64,000 nt of DNA from Deltaproteobacteria bacterium (GCA_016192705.1 JACPTQ010000072.1:6611-70610); one strand, 5' to 3'. Positions 1-10,435 are shown, numbered from the stretch's first letter. Notes: generated from the letters alone by a model not told the origin. A program made the numbers and translations.

Positions 1-4
1 GAAT

Positions 5-3000
5 GTGTATTGGCACCAGGAGGATCGCAACCGCGTCGATTTGGTGCCGGACCGGACGGAGTATGCGCCGGGTGATACGGCGCGGGTCTTGGTGAAGTCG
101 CCGTTCCCGCGGGCGGTCGGACTTTTGACGATTGAACGATACGGGATCGCGGAGTATCGGCCGCTCGTTTTTAATGGCTCCGCGGCGGCGGTCGAAGTGA
201 GCTTGAAGGCCGAGTGGATTCCAAACGTGAGGCTCGCGATCACGCTTTCGCGCGGGCGGCTCAGCGAAGCCGAGATCGGCGCGGGGGGCGCGGAAGCGGC
301 GGCGGATCTTGGGAAACCGGCGTTCGCGCAGGGGAGCGTGAACCTTGCGATCGAAAAGTCGCGGTACAAACTGACGGTGGGGGCGAAGCCAGCGTCGCCG
401 GAGATTGCTCCTGGGACCGAGTTGCCGATTGAAATCTCGACGACGGGGCACGACGGGAAGCCGGTCTCTTCAGAGGTTGCGGTGATGATCGTCGACGAGG
501 GAGTCCTTGCGCTCTTGGGCTTCGCGACGCCCGACCCGTTTAGTTATTTTTGGGGGTCGAAGCCGCCGATGACGGCGATGAACGATTTGCGGCGATTTAT
601 CTTGAAGCGTAAGAAGGAGCTCCAGCCGGTGTCGAAGCCGCCGCCGCCCGTGCAGCGGCGTAGCCGCGCGATGAATGGTCGCGGCCACGACGACGGTGCG
701 AAGCGCGACGAAGAAAGGGAGGGACGCACGGGTGCGTTGCCACCGCCGTCGCCTGGAGGCGGATATGGGGCTGCGGCACAAGCGCCCAAGGTGATGGCGG
801 CGCTGGCGTCCCCGGCAGCTGAGAGGGCGGCTGACAAGAAAGAGGCGTCAGGCGGCGAGGCGGCTCCAGCGTTGGTTGCGCGGACACTTTTCGCGTCGAC
901 GGCGTACTTCAATCCGGCCGTGAAGACGGGCGCGGACGGACGCGCGAAAATCGTCGTCAAGATGCCGGAGAACCTGACGACGTTTCGAATCATGGCGGTC
1001 GCGCACGATCGCGAGGTTCGGTTTGGCTCGACGAGCGACACCGTCAAGGTGCGAAAGCCGCTCCTCCTTCGCGCGTCGTTGCCGCGGTTCGCGAATTTTG
1101 GCGACGCGTTTGAGGCGAGCGTCGTCGTGAACAACGAGACTGGTAACGACACGGCGGTCGATGTGCAACTTCGCGCAGCCAACACGACGGTTGAAGGCGA
1201 GGGGCGCGAGCGCGTCCACATTAAGAACCACGAGGCGAAAGAAATTCGCTTCCGCGTGAAGGTTAAAGACCCGGGCACCGCGAAGTTCCAGTTTGCGGCG
1301 CAGACGGTCGGCGCCGGAAAGAAGATTTCGAACGACGCCGTCGAGGTGGCGATCCCGATCAAGTTGCCCGCGACGAGCGAGGCGTTTGCAACGTACGGCG
1401 CAACCGACAAATCGATCGCACAGCCACTCTTGCCGCCAAAGGAAATTGTGCCTGATTTTGGCGGACTCGAGATGTCGTTCTCGTCGACCGCGCTCACGGG
1501 ACTCACGGACGCGGTGAAATACCTCATCGACTACCCGTACGAATGCGCCGAACAGACCGCGAGCCGCATCATCCCGATCGTCGCGATGAAAGACATCATT
1601 CGCGATTTCCCGATGGCGTCCCTCAAAGACCCGACGCAGGTTCGGACAATTGTCGAGAGTGGCGTTCGACGGCTTCGCGGGATGCAGCAGTGGGACGGCG
1701 GGTTCAGCTACTGGCCAGGCGCGCATCGCACGTGGCTCTGGATTTCGTCGTGGGTGACGTTTGCGCTCGAACTCGCGAAGACCGAGGGGTTCGAGGTGCC
1801 GCAGTCGATGCTCGATAACGCGCGGCGCTTCCTCAAAAATCGGCTCGACAGCCCGCGGCTTGATTACGACGCGCTCTACTCGTACACGACGCAAGTGTTT
1901 GCAGCGTATGTCCTCTCGCTTTCCGGGAGCCACGCGACAAAGCACCTCGACCGCCTCTACGGCGTTCGGAAAGAATTGCCGCTTTTCGGTAAAGCGTTCC
2001 TCCTCGCCGCGATCCACCGCGCGAACCACGAAGACGCGCGTCGTGACGAGCTGCTTCGTGAGATTGGAAACGCCGCGGTCGAAACACCAGCCGCCGCGCA
2101 CTTCGCCGAGGCGAAGACCGAATCGCTCCGCCTTCTTATGCACTCCGACGAGCGCACCGACGCGATCGTTCTTCTCGCTTACCTCGAGGCCGACCCGAAG
2201 CAGACGCTCGTCCCCAAAATCATGAAGGGGCTCATGGACGCGCGACGCCGCGGCGGTCGATGGCGCTCGACCCAAGAGAATGCATACGGCCTTCTCGCGT
2301 TCAGTCGCTACTACAAGTTGTTCGAGAAGGAAGTTCCTGATTTTACGGCCTCGGTGTGGATTGGCGACGGGTACGTCGGGCGCGAAAAATTCGAGGGGCG
2401 CTCGATGCGCGTCGTCGAAAAGATCGTCCCGATGAGCTTCTTTACGTCGCTCGGCCAGCAGACGTTGACCCTCGCGAAGGACGGCCCGGGTCGCCTCTAC
2501 TATCGACTCGGACTCAAATATGCGCCGGCGTCGCTAAAACTCCCGCCCGAAGAGCAAGGGTTTGCCGTGTCGCGCGTCTACGAACCGGTCGAAGGCCCCG
2601 AGACGGTGCGCCGCGACGACAGCGGAGTTTGGCACATCAAGGCCGGCGCCAACGTGCGCGTGCGTCTCACGATCGTCGTCCCCGATCGGCGCCACTTCGT
2701 CGCGGTTGACGACCCGCTCCCCGCGGGGCTCGAGGGTGTGAACCTCACGTTCCAGACGACGGCGCAGGGACACCGCGCTAAGCTCCAACACAAAACGTAC
2801 GACTTCTGGCGTTCGTACTACGCACTCTGGGCGTTCGACCACAAAGAGATGCGCGACGATCGCGTCGTGTTGTTCGCCGACATGCTTCCCGCGGGCGTTT
2901 ACGAATACACCTACCTCGCGCGTGCGACGACTTACGGGCGCTTTGTGACGCCGCCCCTCAAAGCCGAAGAGATGTACGCGCCGGAAGTGTTTGGCCGCAA

Positions 3001-3028
3001 CGGAACGGACATCGTTGTCGTGGAGTAG
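5..3028 (+). CDS. alpha-2-macroglobulin family protein (N-terminus cut by window edge)
   Basis: ORF opens at the window start with no upstream stop. Thioester region YPYECAEQTASR (CxEQ motif) lies near aa 515, followed by a MG/receptor-binding-like C-terminal region. Length and architecture fit bacterial A2M. Confidence 0.75.
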   Translation: MYWHQEDRNRVDLVPDRTEYAPGDTARVLVKSPFPRAVGLLTIERYGIAEYRPLVFNGSAAAVEVSLKAEWIPNVRLAITLSRGRLSEAEIGAGGAEAAADLGKPAFAQGSVNLAIEKSRYKLTVGAKPASPEIAPGTELPIEISTTGHDGKPVSSEVAVMIVDEGVLALLGFATPDPFSYFWGSKPPMTAMNDLRRFILKRKKELQPVSKPPPPVQRRSRAMNGRGHDDGAKRDEEREGRTGALPPPSPGGGYGAAAQAPKVMAALASPAAERAADKKEASGGEAAPALVARTLFASTAYFNPAVKTGADGRAKIVVKMPENLTTFRIMAVAHDREVRFGSTSDTVKVRKPLLLRASLPRFANFGDAFEASVVVNNETGNDTAVDVQLRAANTTVEGEGRERVHIKNHEAKEIRFRVKVKDPGTAKFQFAAQTVGAGKKISNDAVEVAIPIKLPATSEAFATYGATDKSIAQPLLPPKEIVPDFGGLEMSFSSTALTGLTDAVKYLIDYPYECAEQTASRIIPIVAMKDIIRDFPMASLKDPTQVRTIVESGVRRLRGMQQWDGGFSYWPGAHRTWLWISSWVTFALELAKTEGFEVPQSMLDNARRFLKNRLDSPRLDYDALYSYTTQVFAAYVLSLSGSHATKHLDRLYGVRKELPLFGKAFLLAAIHRANHEDARRDELLREIGNAAVETPAAAHFAEAKTESLRLLMHSDERTDAIVLLAYLEADPKQTLVPKIMKGLMDARRRGGRWRSTQENAYGLLAFSRYYKLFEKEVPDFTASVWIGDGYVGREKFEGRSMRVVEKIVPMSFFTSLGQQTLTLAKDGPGRLYYRLGLKYAPASLKLPPEEQGFAVSRVYEPVEGPETVRRDDSGVWHIKAGANVRVRLTIVVPDRRHFVAVDDPLPAGLEGVNLTFQTTAQGHRAKLQHKTYDFWRSYYALWAFDHKEMRDDRVVLFADMLPAGVYEYTYLARATTYGRFVTPPLKAEEMYAPEVFGRNGTDIVVVE

Positions 3029-3094
3029 CCGCGCTCGACGGCCCCGCGCGAGACTGCTATCCTTGAAGGGCTTTTTTGACCAAGGAGGTCTTGA

Positions 3095-3604
3095 ATGGGC
3101 ATGAGCGAGTTTGAAGACGCCTACGAAGATGATGAGCAGCAAGTGCGAGGTGCGATTTTAACCCAGCCCGTGCGCGGGCTTGAGCCGGCTGAGCCGGTTT
3201 GCGTACAAGCGACGACGACGCTTCGCGAGGCCGTTGAAGCTATGAACCGCGTGAAGGCGGGGTGTGTGCTGGTGACGGGTGGCGAGCGGCTCGTTGGGAT
3301 TCTGACGGAGCGCGACATATTGCGGCACGTCGTCGGCAAACTCGACCTCGATGAGCCGGTCACCTCGGTCATGACAAAGAACCCCGAAACAGTCGGGATG
3401 GAGCACGGGATCGCATATGCCCTCAACAAGATGCACGTTGGTGGATACAGGCATATTCCAATCATCGATGCGGGCGGGCGTCCCGTCGGCATCATTTCGG
3501 TTCGCGACATCGTCGGTTTCATCGTGTCGCTCTTTCCAAGCGCGGTGCTGAACGTGCCACCCGAGCCAGAGCTTGGGATTCCGCGGACCGAAGGCGGGGC
3601 ATAG
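3095..3604 (+). CDS. CBS domain pair protein
   Basis: 169 aa; tandem CBS-like segments (LTERDILRHVVG ... ISVRDIVGFI); GGAGG Shine-Dalgarno 7 nt upstream of ATG. Confidence 0.65.
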   Translation: MGMSEFEDAYEDDEQQVRGAILTQPVRGLEPAEPVCVQATTTLREAVEAMNRVKAGCVLVTGGERLVGILTERDILRHVVGKLDLDEPVTSVMTKNPETVGMEHGIAYALNKMHVGGYRHIPIIDAGGRPVGIISVRDIVGFIVSLFPSAVLNVPPEPELGIPRTEGGA

Positions 3605-3660
3605 TTTTGGCGCTCCTCATCGGGTTGCATTTAACAGAAAAACGGGTGTAGGTTTTCACC

Positions 3661-5562
3661 ATGACTGAAAAAGATCCAACGGTGCCCGCACAAATCCGTC
3701 AGGTGCCGGCCGACACGATCGAGCATGTCGTCGTTCGATTTGCGGGGGATTCGGGCGACGGGATGCAGCTCACGGGGACGGAGTTCACGAAGTCGGCGGC
3801 CATTGCCGGAAACGACCTCGCGACGTTTCCCGATTATCCGGCTGAAATCCGCGCCCCGGCTGGAACTCTGGCCGGCGTATCGGGGTACCAGGTGCATTTT
3901 TCATCGAACGAGGTTTTTACGTCGGGTGATGAACCGGACGTACTCGTTGTGATGAATCCCGCGGCGCTCAAGGTCAATCTCGCCGATCTCACAGTTGGGG
4001 GCGTCGTTATCATTAACAGTGGCACCTTTACCGATCAGAACATCGCGAAGGCCGGATATTCGTCGAATCCGCTCTCGGACGGGACACTCGCGAAGTATCA
4101 GGTGTTTAACATCGACATCAATAAGGCGGTTCAGACAGCCCTCGAAGGTTCGGGCTTAAGCGCGAAAGAGATTCAGCGTTGTAAGAACTATTACGCGCTG
4201 GGTCTCATGTTCTGGTTGTACAGCCGGCCGACACAGCCTGAAATCGACGCCATCAACCAGAAGTTCAAAAAGAACGAGCTGTTCGCAAAGGCCAACGTGT
4301 CGGCATTCAACGCTGGCTACAATTACGGCGAGACGACGGAGATGTTTGTTTCGCGGTTTGTGGTGCCGCGTGCGGAGCTCGAGCCGGGGATCTATCGGCA
4401 CATTACAGGTAACGAAGCGACGGCGATTGGGCTGGTGGCCGCGGCGCAGCGGGCCGGACTGCCGCTTTTTTATGGGAGCTACCCCATTACGCCAGCTTCG
4501 GACATTCTTCACGCGCTGTCATCGTACCGAAACTATGGCGTTGTGACGTTTCAGGCCGAAGACGAAATTGCGGCGGTGGCGTCTGCGCTGGGCGCGGCGT
4601 TCGCGGGTTCGATTGCGGTCACGGGGACGTCGGGGCCTGGCGTTGCGCTGAAGCAGGAGGCGATTGGCCTTGCCGTGATGACCGAGCTGCCGCTCATAAT
4701 CATCAACGTGCAGCGCGGTGGGCCGTCGACGGGCTTGCCCACAAAAACGGAGCAAGCCGATCTTCACCAGGCGATGATCGGGCGAAATGGCGAATCCCCC
4801 ATTTGTGTCATTGCGCCGTCGACGCCGGCAGATTGTTTCACGATGGCGTTCGAGGCGATTCGTCTCGCCACGAAATATATGTGTCCTGTGATGCTGCTGA
4901 GTGACGGATACCTCGCAAACGGCGCCGAACCGTGGAAGCTCCCGGAGATCGACACGCTGCCGAGGATTCCGGTCAAGTTCCACACCGAGGTCGAAGGCTT
5001 TTATCCGTATCGGCGAGATGCTGTCACGCTCGCGCGGCCGTGGGCGATTCCGGGAACGCCAGGGCTCGAGCACCGTATCGGCGGCCTCGAGAAGCAGGAC
5101 GTCACGGGGAACGTTTGTTACGACGCGGCGAACCACGAGCATATGTGCCTCCTTCGGCAGGAGAAGATTAACCGTATCGTGGCGGACATTCCGCCTGTGG
5201 AAGTTTTTGGCGACGAATCGGGTGACGTTCTTGTCGTTGGGTGGGGCTCGACCTACGGCGCAATCACGCACGCGGTTAAGATGTTGCGGCAGCGCGGTGA
5301 GAAGGTGTCGTCTGTCCATCTGAAGTATCTGAATCCGTTCCCGGCGAATTTGGGGACGGTGCTCGCGCGGTTCAAAAAGGTTGTTGTCGCCGAGATGAAC
5401 CTCGGGCAGCTCGTTTGGCATTTGCGCGCGAAGTACCTCGTCGATGCGATCGCTGTCACGAAGATTCAAGGGCGCCCGTTTAAAGTTCAGGAGATCGTGG
5501 TGCGTGTTGAGGAAATCCTTGGGGCGAAACGGCCGGCTTATGCCGTCGCGGATGCGGAGTAG
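3661..5562 (+). CDS. korA: 2-oxoacid:ferredoxin oxidoreductase alpha subunit (KorA-type, fused alpha/gamma)
   Basis: 633 aa; pyruvate/2-oxoacid ferredoxin oxidoreductase core motifs (GYPITPASD, GTSGPGVALKQE); immediately followed by the TPP-binding beta subunit gene. Confidence 0.85.
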   Translation: MTEKDPTVPAQIRQVPADTIEHVVVRFAGDSGDGMQLTGTEFTKSAAIAGNDLATFPDYPAEIRAPAGTLAGVSGYQVHFSSNEVFTSGDEPDVLVVMNPAALKVNLADLTVGGVVIINSGTFTDQNIAKAGYSSNPLSDGTLAKYQVFNIDINKAVQTALEGSGLSAKEIQRCKNYYALGLMFWLYSRPTQPEIDAINQKFKKNELFAKANVSAFNAGYNYGETTEMFVSRFVVPRAELEPGIYRHITGNEATAIGLVAAAQRAGLPLFYGSYPITPASDILHALSSYRNYGVVTFQAEDEIAAVASALGAAFAGSIAVTGTSGPGVALKQEAIGLAVMTELPLIIINVQRGGPSTGLPTKTEQADLHQAMIGRNGESPICVIAPSTPADCFTMAFEAIRLATKYMCPVMLLSDGYLANGAEPWKLPEIDTLPRIPVKFHTEVEGFYPYRRDAVTLARPWAIPGTPGLEHRIGGLEKQDVTGNVCYDAANHEHMCLLRQEKINRIVADIPPVEVFGDESGDVLVVGWGSTYGAITHAVKMLRQRGEKVSSVHLKYLNPFPANLGTVLARFKKVVVAEMNLGQLVWHLRAKYLVDAIAVTKIQGRPFKVQEIVVRVEEILGAKRPAYAVADAE

Positions 5563-5564
5563 AC

Positions 5565-6638
5565 ATGGGCACGAACGGTGAACATCAGGTGAGTCCGGGT
5601 GCGGCGACCGCGAGCGGCGGCAACGGAAGCCCGGTTGTCAAACTGACGAAGAAAGATTTCGTCAGCGACCAAGATGTCCGGTGGTGTCCAGGGTGCGGCG
5701 ACTACTCGGTGCTTGCACAGGTGCAAAAGATTATTCCGGAGCTCGGCATCGCGCGCGAAAACTTCGTGTTCGTTTCTGGTATCGGTTGCTCGTCGCGTTT
5801 TCCGTACTACATGAACACGTATGGGTTTCACACGATTCACGGGCGTGCGCCGGCGATTGCGTCGGGCGTCAAGATCGCGCGTCCGGACCTGCAAGTGTGG
5901 GTCGCGACGGGAGATGGTGATGCGCTGTCAATCGGCGGGAACCACTTCATCCACTGTTTGCGGCGCAACATGGATCTCAAGATCTTGTTGTTCAACAATC
6001 GGATTTACGGTCTCACCAAGGGTCAATATTCGCCCACGAGTGAAATTGGCAAGAAGACGAAATCGACGCCGTATGGCTCGATCGACCGGCCGTTTAATCC
6101 GGTTTCGGTGGCGTTGGCCGCGGAGGCGACGTTTGTGGCGCGTGCGATCGACACCGATGTCGTGGGGCTTCAGTCTGTTCTTAAGCGCGCCGCCGATCAT
6201 CGCGGCAGCGCCTTCGTCGAGATTTATCAAAACTGCAATGTCTTTAACGATGGCGCGTGGGAGGCGGTTGCCGAAAAGTCGGTGCGCAGCGACCGCGTGG
6301 TGGTGTTGGAACACGGAAAGCCGCTTGTCTTTGGAAAAGCGCGGGACAAGGGGATTCGCATTCGTCCCGATATGACGCCGGAGGTGATTGCCGTGGCGCC
6401 CGGAACGGTCGGTGATGCGATGATCCACGACGAGAAAAGGGACGAGCCGTTTTACCCGTTCTTTTTGTCGCGCCTCGCGTACCCCGATTACCCGGAGCCG
6501 GTCGGCGTCTTTCGCGCGGTGCGGCGTCCGACGTACGACGAGCTGATTTCGCAGCAGGGTGAAACGGTTGTGGCGAAACTTGGGAAGGGGGATCTCAAGG
6601 GGCTGCTTCACGCGGGCGAAATCTGGAGGGTGGGTTAG
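5565..6638 (+). CDS. korB: 2-oxoacid:ferredoxin oxidoreductase beta subunit (TPP-binding)
   Basis: 357 aa; WCPGCGDYSVL and GIGCSSRFPYY motifs typical of OFOR beta subunits; starts 3 nt after korA stop. Confidence 0.85.
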   Translation: MGTNGEHQVSPGAATASGGNGSPVVKLTKKDFVSDQDVRWCPGCGDYSVLAQVQKIIPELGIARENFVFVSGIGCSSRFPYYMNTYGFHTIHGRAPAIASGVKIARPDLQVWVATGDGDALSIGGNHFIHCLRRNMDLKILLFNNRIYGLTKGQYSPTSEIGKKTKSTPYGSIDRPFNPVSVALAAEATFVARAIDTDVVGLQSVLKRAADHRGSAFVEIYQNCNVFNDGAWEAVAEKSVRSDRVVVLEHGKPLVFGKARDKGIRIRPDMTPEVIAVAPGTVGDAMIHDEKRDEPFYPFFLSRLAYPDYPEPVGVFRAVRRPTYDELISQQGETVVAKLGKGDLKGLLHAGEIWRVG

Positions 6639-6665
6639 CCTGCTGAGAATCGGTCGATTCCTATC

Positions 6666-7439
6666 TTAAAGAGTCAGCGTTGCCGAGGCAACTTCTGAGC
6701 CGTTAATCGTCACCGTCACTTTGACGCCGAGCATTCCGGTCGTTGCGAACGACGCGACGATGTTTGCCGAGACGTAGCCGTTCGACGCGCTGATCGCAAT
6801 CGAACCAGAGACCGAGCTTGACGAGACCGTGAGGTTTGCAGCGGTCAGCGTCAGCGTGCCGATTCCGTCGGTGACGACAACGATTCCGCTCGTGGTCATG
6901 GTCGCGGAATTTCCGGAGAGCGTCGTCGTCGCCTGGAAGTTGTTGAATTGAAGCACGTAGGTTGTGCCGAGATAGATGGCCGAATAGCTTCCGGTCACCG
7001 ACCACGTGCGATTGCCCGTGCTACCAGAAACACCAACGGTGGCGCTGCCCGAAAGGACATAGCCATTGTATGAGAGGTTGTTGAATGAAAGCGAAAGGCT
7101 TGTGGGGGGCGTACCGGAGTATGAGACGGTCGCCGATCCTGAGATGGGGGCCGTCAAGAGGACGGCTGGGTTGGGTGCGCAGCCGGTGCCAAAGTCAAAC
7201 GTGGCTGTTGTCGTGCCGCTCACGGTGGCCCGCGTGACGGTCGGGCACGTGAACGTTGTGCTTTCGAGGTCGACGGTCATCGTCGCGAGCATTGTGGTCG
7301 CCTCTTCTGAGGTGAGTGCGGCGCTGCTTGACGAGACCGCCGTCGTGCCCGATACGTTTTCTTCTTTTCCGCAGGCGATGGCCGCCGACGTGGTCATTAT
7401 GGCGAAGAGCGCAGCGTTATTAAAAAACGAGTTCATCGT
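6666..7439 (-). CDS. hypothetical Ser/Thr/Gly-rich lipoprotein
   Basis: Internal ATG at 7439 preceded by GGAAGGA; signal peptide MNSFFNNAALFAIMTTSAAIAC with lipobox (AIAC); mature part is low-complexity beta-rich S/T/G repeats. The longer ORF-track start at 7565 is discarded. Confidence 0.5.
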   Translation of the reverse strand, partial: TMNSFFNNAALFAIMTTSAAIACGKEENVSGTTAVSSSSAALTSEEATTMLATMTVDLESTTFTCPTVTRATVSGTTTATFDFGTGCAPNPAVLLTAPISGSATVSYSGTPPTSLSLSFNNLSYNGYVLSGSATVGVSGSTGNRTWSVTGSYSAIYLGTTYVLQFNNFQATTTLSGNSATMTTSGIVVVTDGIGTLTLTAANLTVSSSSVSGSIAISASNGYVSANIVASFATTGMLGVKVTVTINGSEVASATLTL

Positions 7440-7677
7440 GATCCTTCCTTCCTTTCGCGTTGGTTGGCGCTCGGCTTCGCAACTCGCTCTCACCCGCGCC
7501 TCACCTGAACGAGAGCAAGCGACGGGCCGCCCAGCCGGTGTCGGGGCCAGCGAAACGACGCGCATTTCTCAGAGTGATGCTCCGCGGCAACGACACAATC
7601 GGTCTGCGACGTCGCGCCCGCTTGTCAGGGGCGATGTGGTAGGCTGTCGGCCTAACAAGTTGCTGAAGGAGCAATTA

Positions 7678-9198
7678 ATGAGACGGCGTGCGGTTCTCTC
7701 GGTGTCTGATAAGCGGGGAATTGTCGAGTTGGCGCGGCGGCTTTCACGGGTCGGCTTCGAAATCGTTTCCACGGGAGGCACGGCGCGCGCGCTTCGTGAT
7801 GCGGGGGTTGGCGTCGTTGACGTCGCGGATGTGACCGGATTCCCCGAGATGATGGATGGGCGCGTGAAGACGCTTCATCCCAAAGTTCATGCGGGGATTT
7901 TGGCGCGTCGTGACCACGTTCGAGATCGCGCGGCGCTTGAGAAGAATGAGATCGTGCCGATTGATGTTGTGGTCGTGAACCTTTATCCATTTGAAGCGAC
8001 GGTCGACGCGGGCCATTCTGAGGCGGAGACGATTGAACACGGCGTCGACATTGGCGGGCCGTCGATGGTGCGCGCGGCGGCAAAGAATTTTTTTGATGTG
8101 GTGGTGCTTGTTGACCCCGATGATTACGAAGAAGTGGGACGGGAGATAGAAGTCGGGACAACGCTTCTGCGGCGTCGGCAATTGGCGGCAAAGGCGTTTG
8201 ATCACACGGCGCGGACCGACGCGGCGATTGCGAATTGGTTTCGCGGTGACGTGTCGGAGAGCCCGTACGGGACCCGAGAGGCGTTCCCCTTGCGGTACGG
8301 CGAAAACCCGCATCAAGAGGCGCGATTTGTGCGGGCGGCCGGTTTGAGGCCGCACGGGTTTGCGGCGTCAAACATCATTCAGGGAAAGGCGCTGTCGTAC
8401 AACAACTTGCTCGATGCGGACGCGGCGCTTCGTCTCGCGCGCGACTTCGATCTGTGTGCGGCCGTTGTGGTGAAGCACACGAACCCGTGCGGCGTCGCGG
8501 TTTCACGCGCGGGCGATGTCGCGGCCGCTTATCGCGCGGCGCGTGAGGGCGATCCCGTTTCGGCGTTCGGTGGCGTTGTTGCGTTGAATCGCGCGGTCGA
8601 TGCGGCGGCGGCGGCGTGCCTCGCGGAGACGTTTCTCGAAGTCGTGGTGGCGCCTTCGTTCGAAGCCGGAGCGCGGGAGCGGCTTGCCGCGAAGAAGAAC
8701 TTACGCCTCGTCGAGTTGCCGGATTTCGCGCGAGGTGATGCGTGGGAGCTTCGCAGCGTCACGGGCGGTGTGTTGGTGATGGAGGCCGATTCGGCTAAGT
8801 GGTCGCGGAACGCACTTCGCGTGGTGACGAAGCGGTCCCCAGAGGAGGTTGATTGGGGCGCGCTCGAGCTTGCGTGGCGAACGGCTCGTGTTGCGAAGTC
8901 TAACGCCATTGTGCTGGCGAATGGCGATTCGGTCGTTGGCGTAGGCGCGGGACAAATGAGTCGCGTTGATTCGTGTCGAATCGCGGTTGAGAAGGCGGGT
9001 GCCGAGCGTGCGCGTCACGCGGCGGCAGCGAGCGACGCGTTTTTCCCGTTCCCGGATGGCGTCGAAGTTCTGGCAAAGTCTGGCGTGGGAACCGTCGTGC
9101 AACCGGGAGGCTCAGTGAAGGATGACGAGGTCGTTGCGGCGGCCGATGCGCTGGGTATCGCGATGGTGTTTACCGGGACGCGGCATTTTCGGCATTGA
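7678..9198 (+). CDS. purH: bifunctional AICAR formyltransferase / IMP cyclohydrolase
   Basis: Start MRRRAVLSVSDKRGIVELARRL (MGS-like N-terminus) through AICARFT domain to C-terminal FTGTRHFRH. The upstream part of the 710-aa ORF lies antisense to the lipoprotein gene and is discarded. Confidence 0.9.
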   Translation: MRRRAVLSVSDKRGIVELARRLSRVGFEIVSTGGTARALRDAGVGVVDVADVTGFPEMMDGRVKTLHPKVHAGILARRDHVRDRAALEKNEIVPIDVVVVNLYPFEATVDAGHSEAETIEHGVDIGGPSMVRAAAKNFFDVVVLVDPDDYEEVGREIEVGTTLLRRRQLAAKAFDHTARTDAAIANWFRGDVSESPYGTREAFPLRYGENPHQEARFVRAAGLRPHGFAASNIIQGKALSYNNLLDADAALRLARDFDLCAAVVVKHTNPCGVAVSRAGDVAAAYRAAREGDPVSAFGGVVALNRAVDAAAAACLAETFLEVVVAPSFEAGARERLAAKKNLRLVELPDFARGDAWELRSVTGGVLVMEADSAKWSRNALRVVTKRSPEEVDWGALELAWRTARVAKSNAIVLANGDSVVGVGAGQMSRVDSCRIAVEKAGAERARHAAAASDAFFPFPDGVEVLAKSGVGTVVQPGGSVKDDEVVAAADALGIAMVFTGTRHFRH

Positions 9199-9216
9199 GC
9201 GTGGGTTGAATCACAG

Positions 9217-10435
9217 ATGAATCGGATGACGGTGTTGGTTGTTGGGGGCGGCGCTCGCGAGCACGCGCTCGCATGGAAGGTCGCGCAGTCGCCGCTCGCT
9301 GAACGCGTCATTGTTGCGCCCGGAAATGCGGGTTGGGACGACTGTGTCGCGGTATCGCCAACGGACGTTGAAGGCGTCGTTGATCTCGCACGACGCGAGC
9401 ACGTTGCGCTTGTTGTCGTTGGGCCGGAGACGGCACTCGAGGTGGGTCTTGTTGACGGGTTGCGCGAGGCGGGACTCGCGGCGTTCGGGCCGACGCGCGC
9501 GGCGGCGCAAATCGAGACAAGCAAGGCGTTTGCAAAGCGTCTCATGCGCGAGGCGGGAGTGCCGACGGCAGACTTTAATGGAATCGTTGCGCGACGCGGA
9601 AAGGGTCATCGCGACGCACTTCGCGCAATCTGACGCGCCGATTGTCGTTAAGGCGGATCGTTTGATGGCAGGGAAAGGCGTTCAGGTGTGCGGGACCGCA
9701 GATGAAGCGGTCGCATTCGCGGCGACCGTTGGCGGAACGCTTGTCATCGAGCGGTGCGTTCGGGGTGTTGAGGTGTCGCTTCACGTGCTCGTCGATGGCG
9801 CGGTTTGCGCGCCGCTTCCGCTCGCGCGCGATCACAAGCGTCTCTTGGATGGCGATCGTGGTCCAAACACAGGCGGAATGGGCGCGATCGCGCCGGTCCG
9901 GCTGCCAGAGGGCGTTTCCGTTGATGGGCTCATGGACCGATGCGTTCGCCCGATAGCCGTCGCACTCGCTTCGCGCGGCACGCCGTTTCGCGGCGTCATT
10001 TTTGCGGGTCTCATGCTTGATGGCGCGAACCCCACCGTTCTCGAATACAACGCCCGGTTTGGAGACCCCGAAACTGAAGTGCTGATGCCGCTCATTGCGG
10101 ACGATTTTGTTTCGCACCTTCTCGAGCCCGGCCACGCGGCGGTGCGTGTTCACCGTGGAGCGGCCGCTGCTGTTGTGCTGGCCGCGCGAGGATATCCCGC
10201 GGCGCCTGAGACGGGACGGCCGATTGTCGGCCTCGACAGAGTCCCGGACTGTCATCTGTTTCACGCGGGCACGCGGCGAGAGGGATCGCAGGTCGTAACG
10301 AACGGCGGTCGCGTTGTCGTCGTGACGGCGAGAGGGGACGACGTTGCGGAGGCGCGTGCACGCGCGTATCAGGGCGCTCTTCGGATTTCGTTCGACGGCG
10401 CTCAGTTTCGGCGCGACATCGGTGGAGTCGCGTAA
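9217..10435 (+). pseudogene. purD: phosphoribosylamine--glycine ligase (purD) interrupted by a +1 frameshift (single extra G at about 9580/9581)
   Basis: N-terminal 121 aa (MTVLVVGGGAREHALAWK ... VPTADF) are in frame 1. The remainder (ESLRDAERVIATHFAQSDAPIVVKADRLMAGKGV ... PETEVLMPL ... VVTNGGRVVVVTA) continues in frame 2 to 10435. Removing one G in the run aatGGaa restores a colinear PurD of about 405 aa. Confidence 0.8.

Noticed and set aside
544-2275. Large antisense ORFs inside the A2M gene (544-1527 and 848-2275, minus strand). Similar cases: 24931-25980 (+) inside gspD, 30810-32111 (+) inside the giant gene, 39274-40539 (-), 22904-24016 (+), 10402-11595 (-) inside rnr, 56485-57759 (-) inside the cytochrome gene
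   Set aside because: These are typical stop-codon-poor antisense frames in a high-GC genome. They are Arg/Ala/Pro-rich with no motifs and are fully overlapped by strongly supported genes on the other strand.
7066-7677. Upstream extension of purH (ORF-track start at 7066) and of the FAD oxidoreductase (start at 37628)
   Set aside because: The extensions have no homology, overlap other well-supported genes (lipoprotein antisense; accD in another frame), and conserved N-termini begin at internal ATGs with proper spacing.
9239-10435. 398-aa ORF as an independent gene
   Set aside because: Its conserved part is simply the C-terminal two thirds of purD in the shifted frame. Its N-terminal 115 aa are out-of-frame read-through of the purD 5' region.
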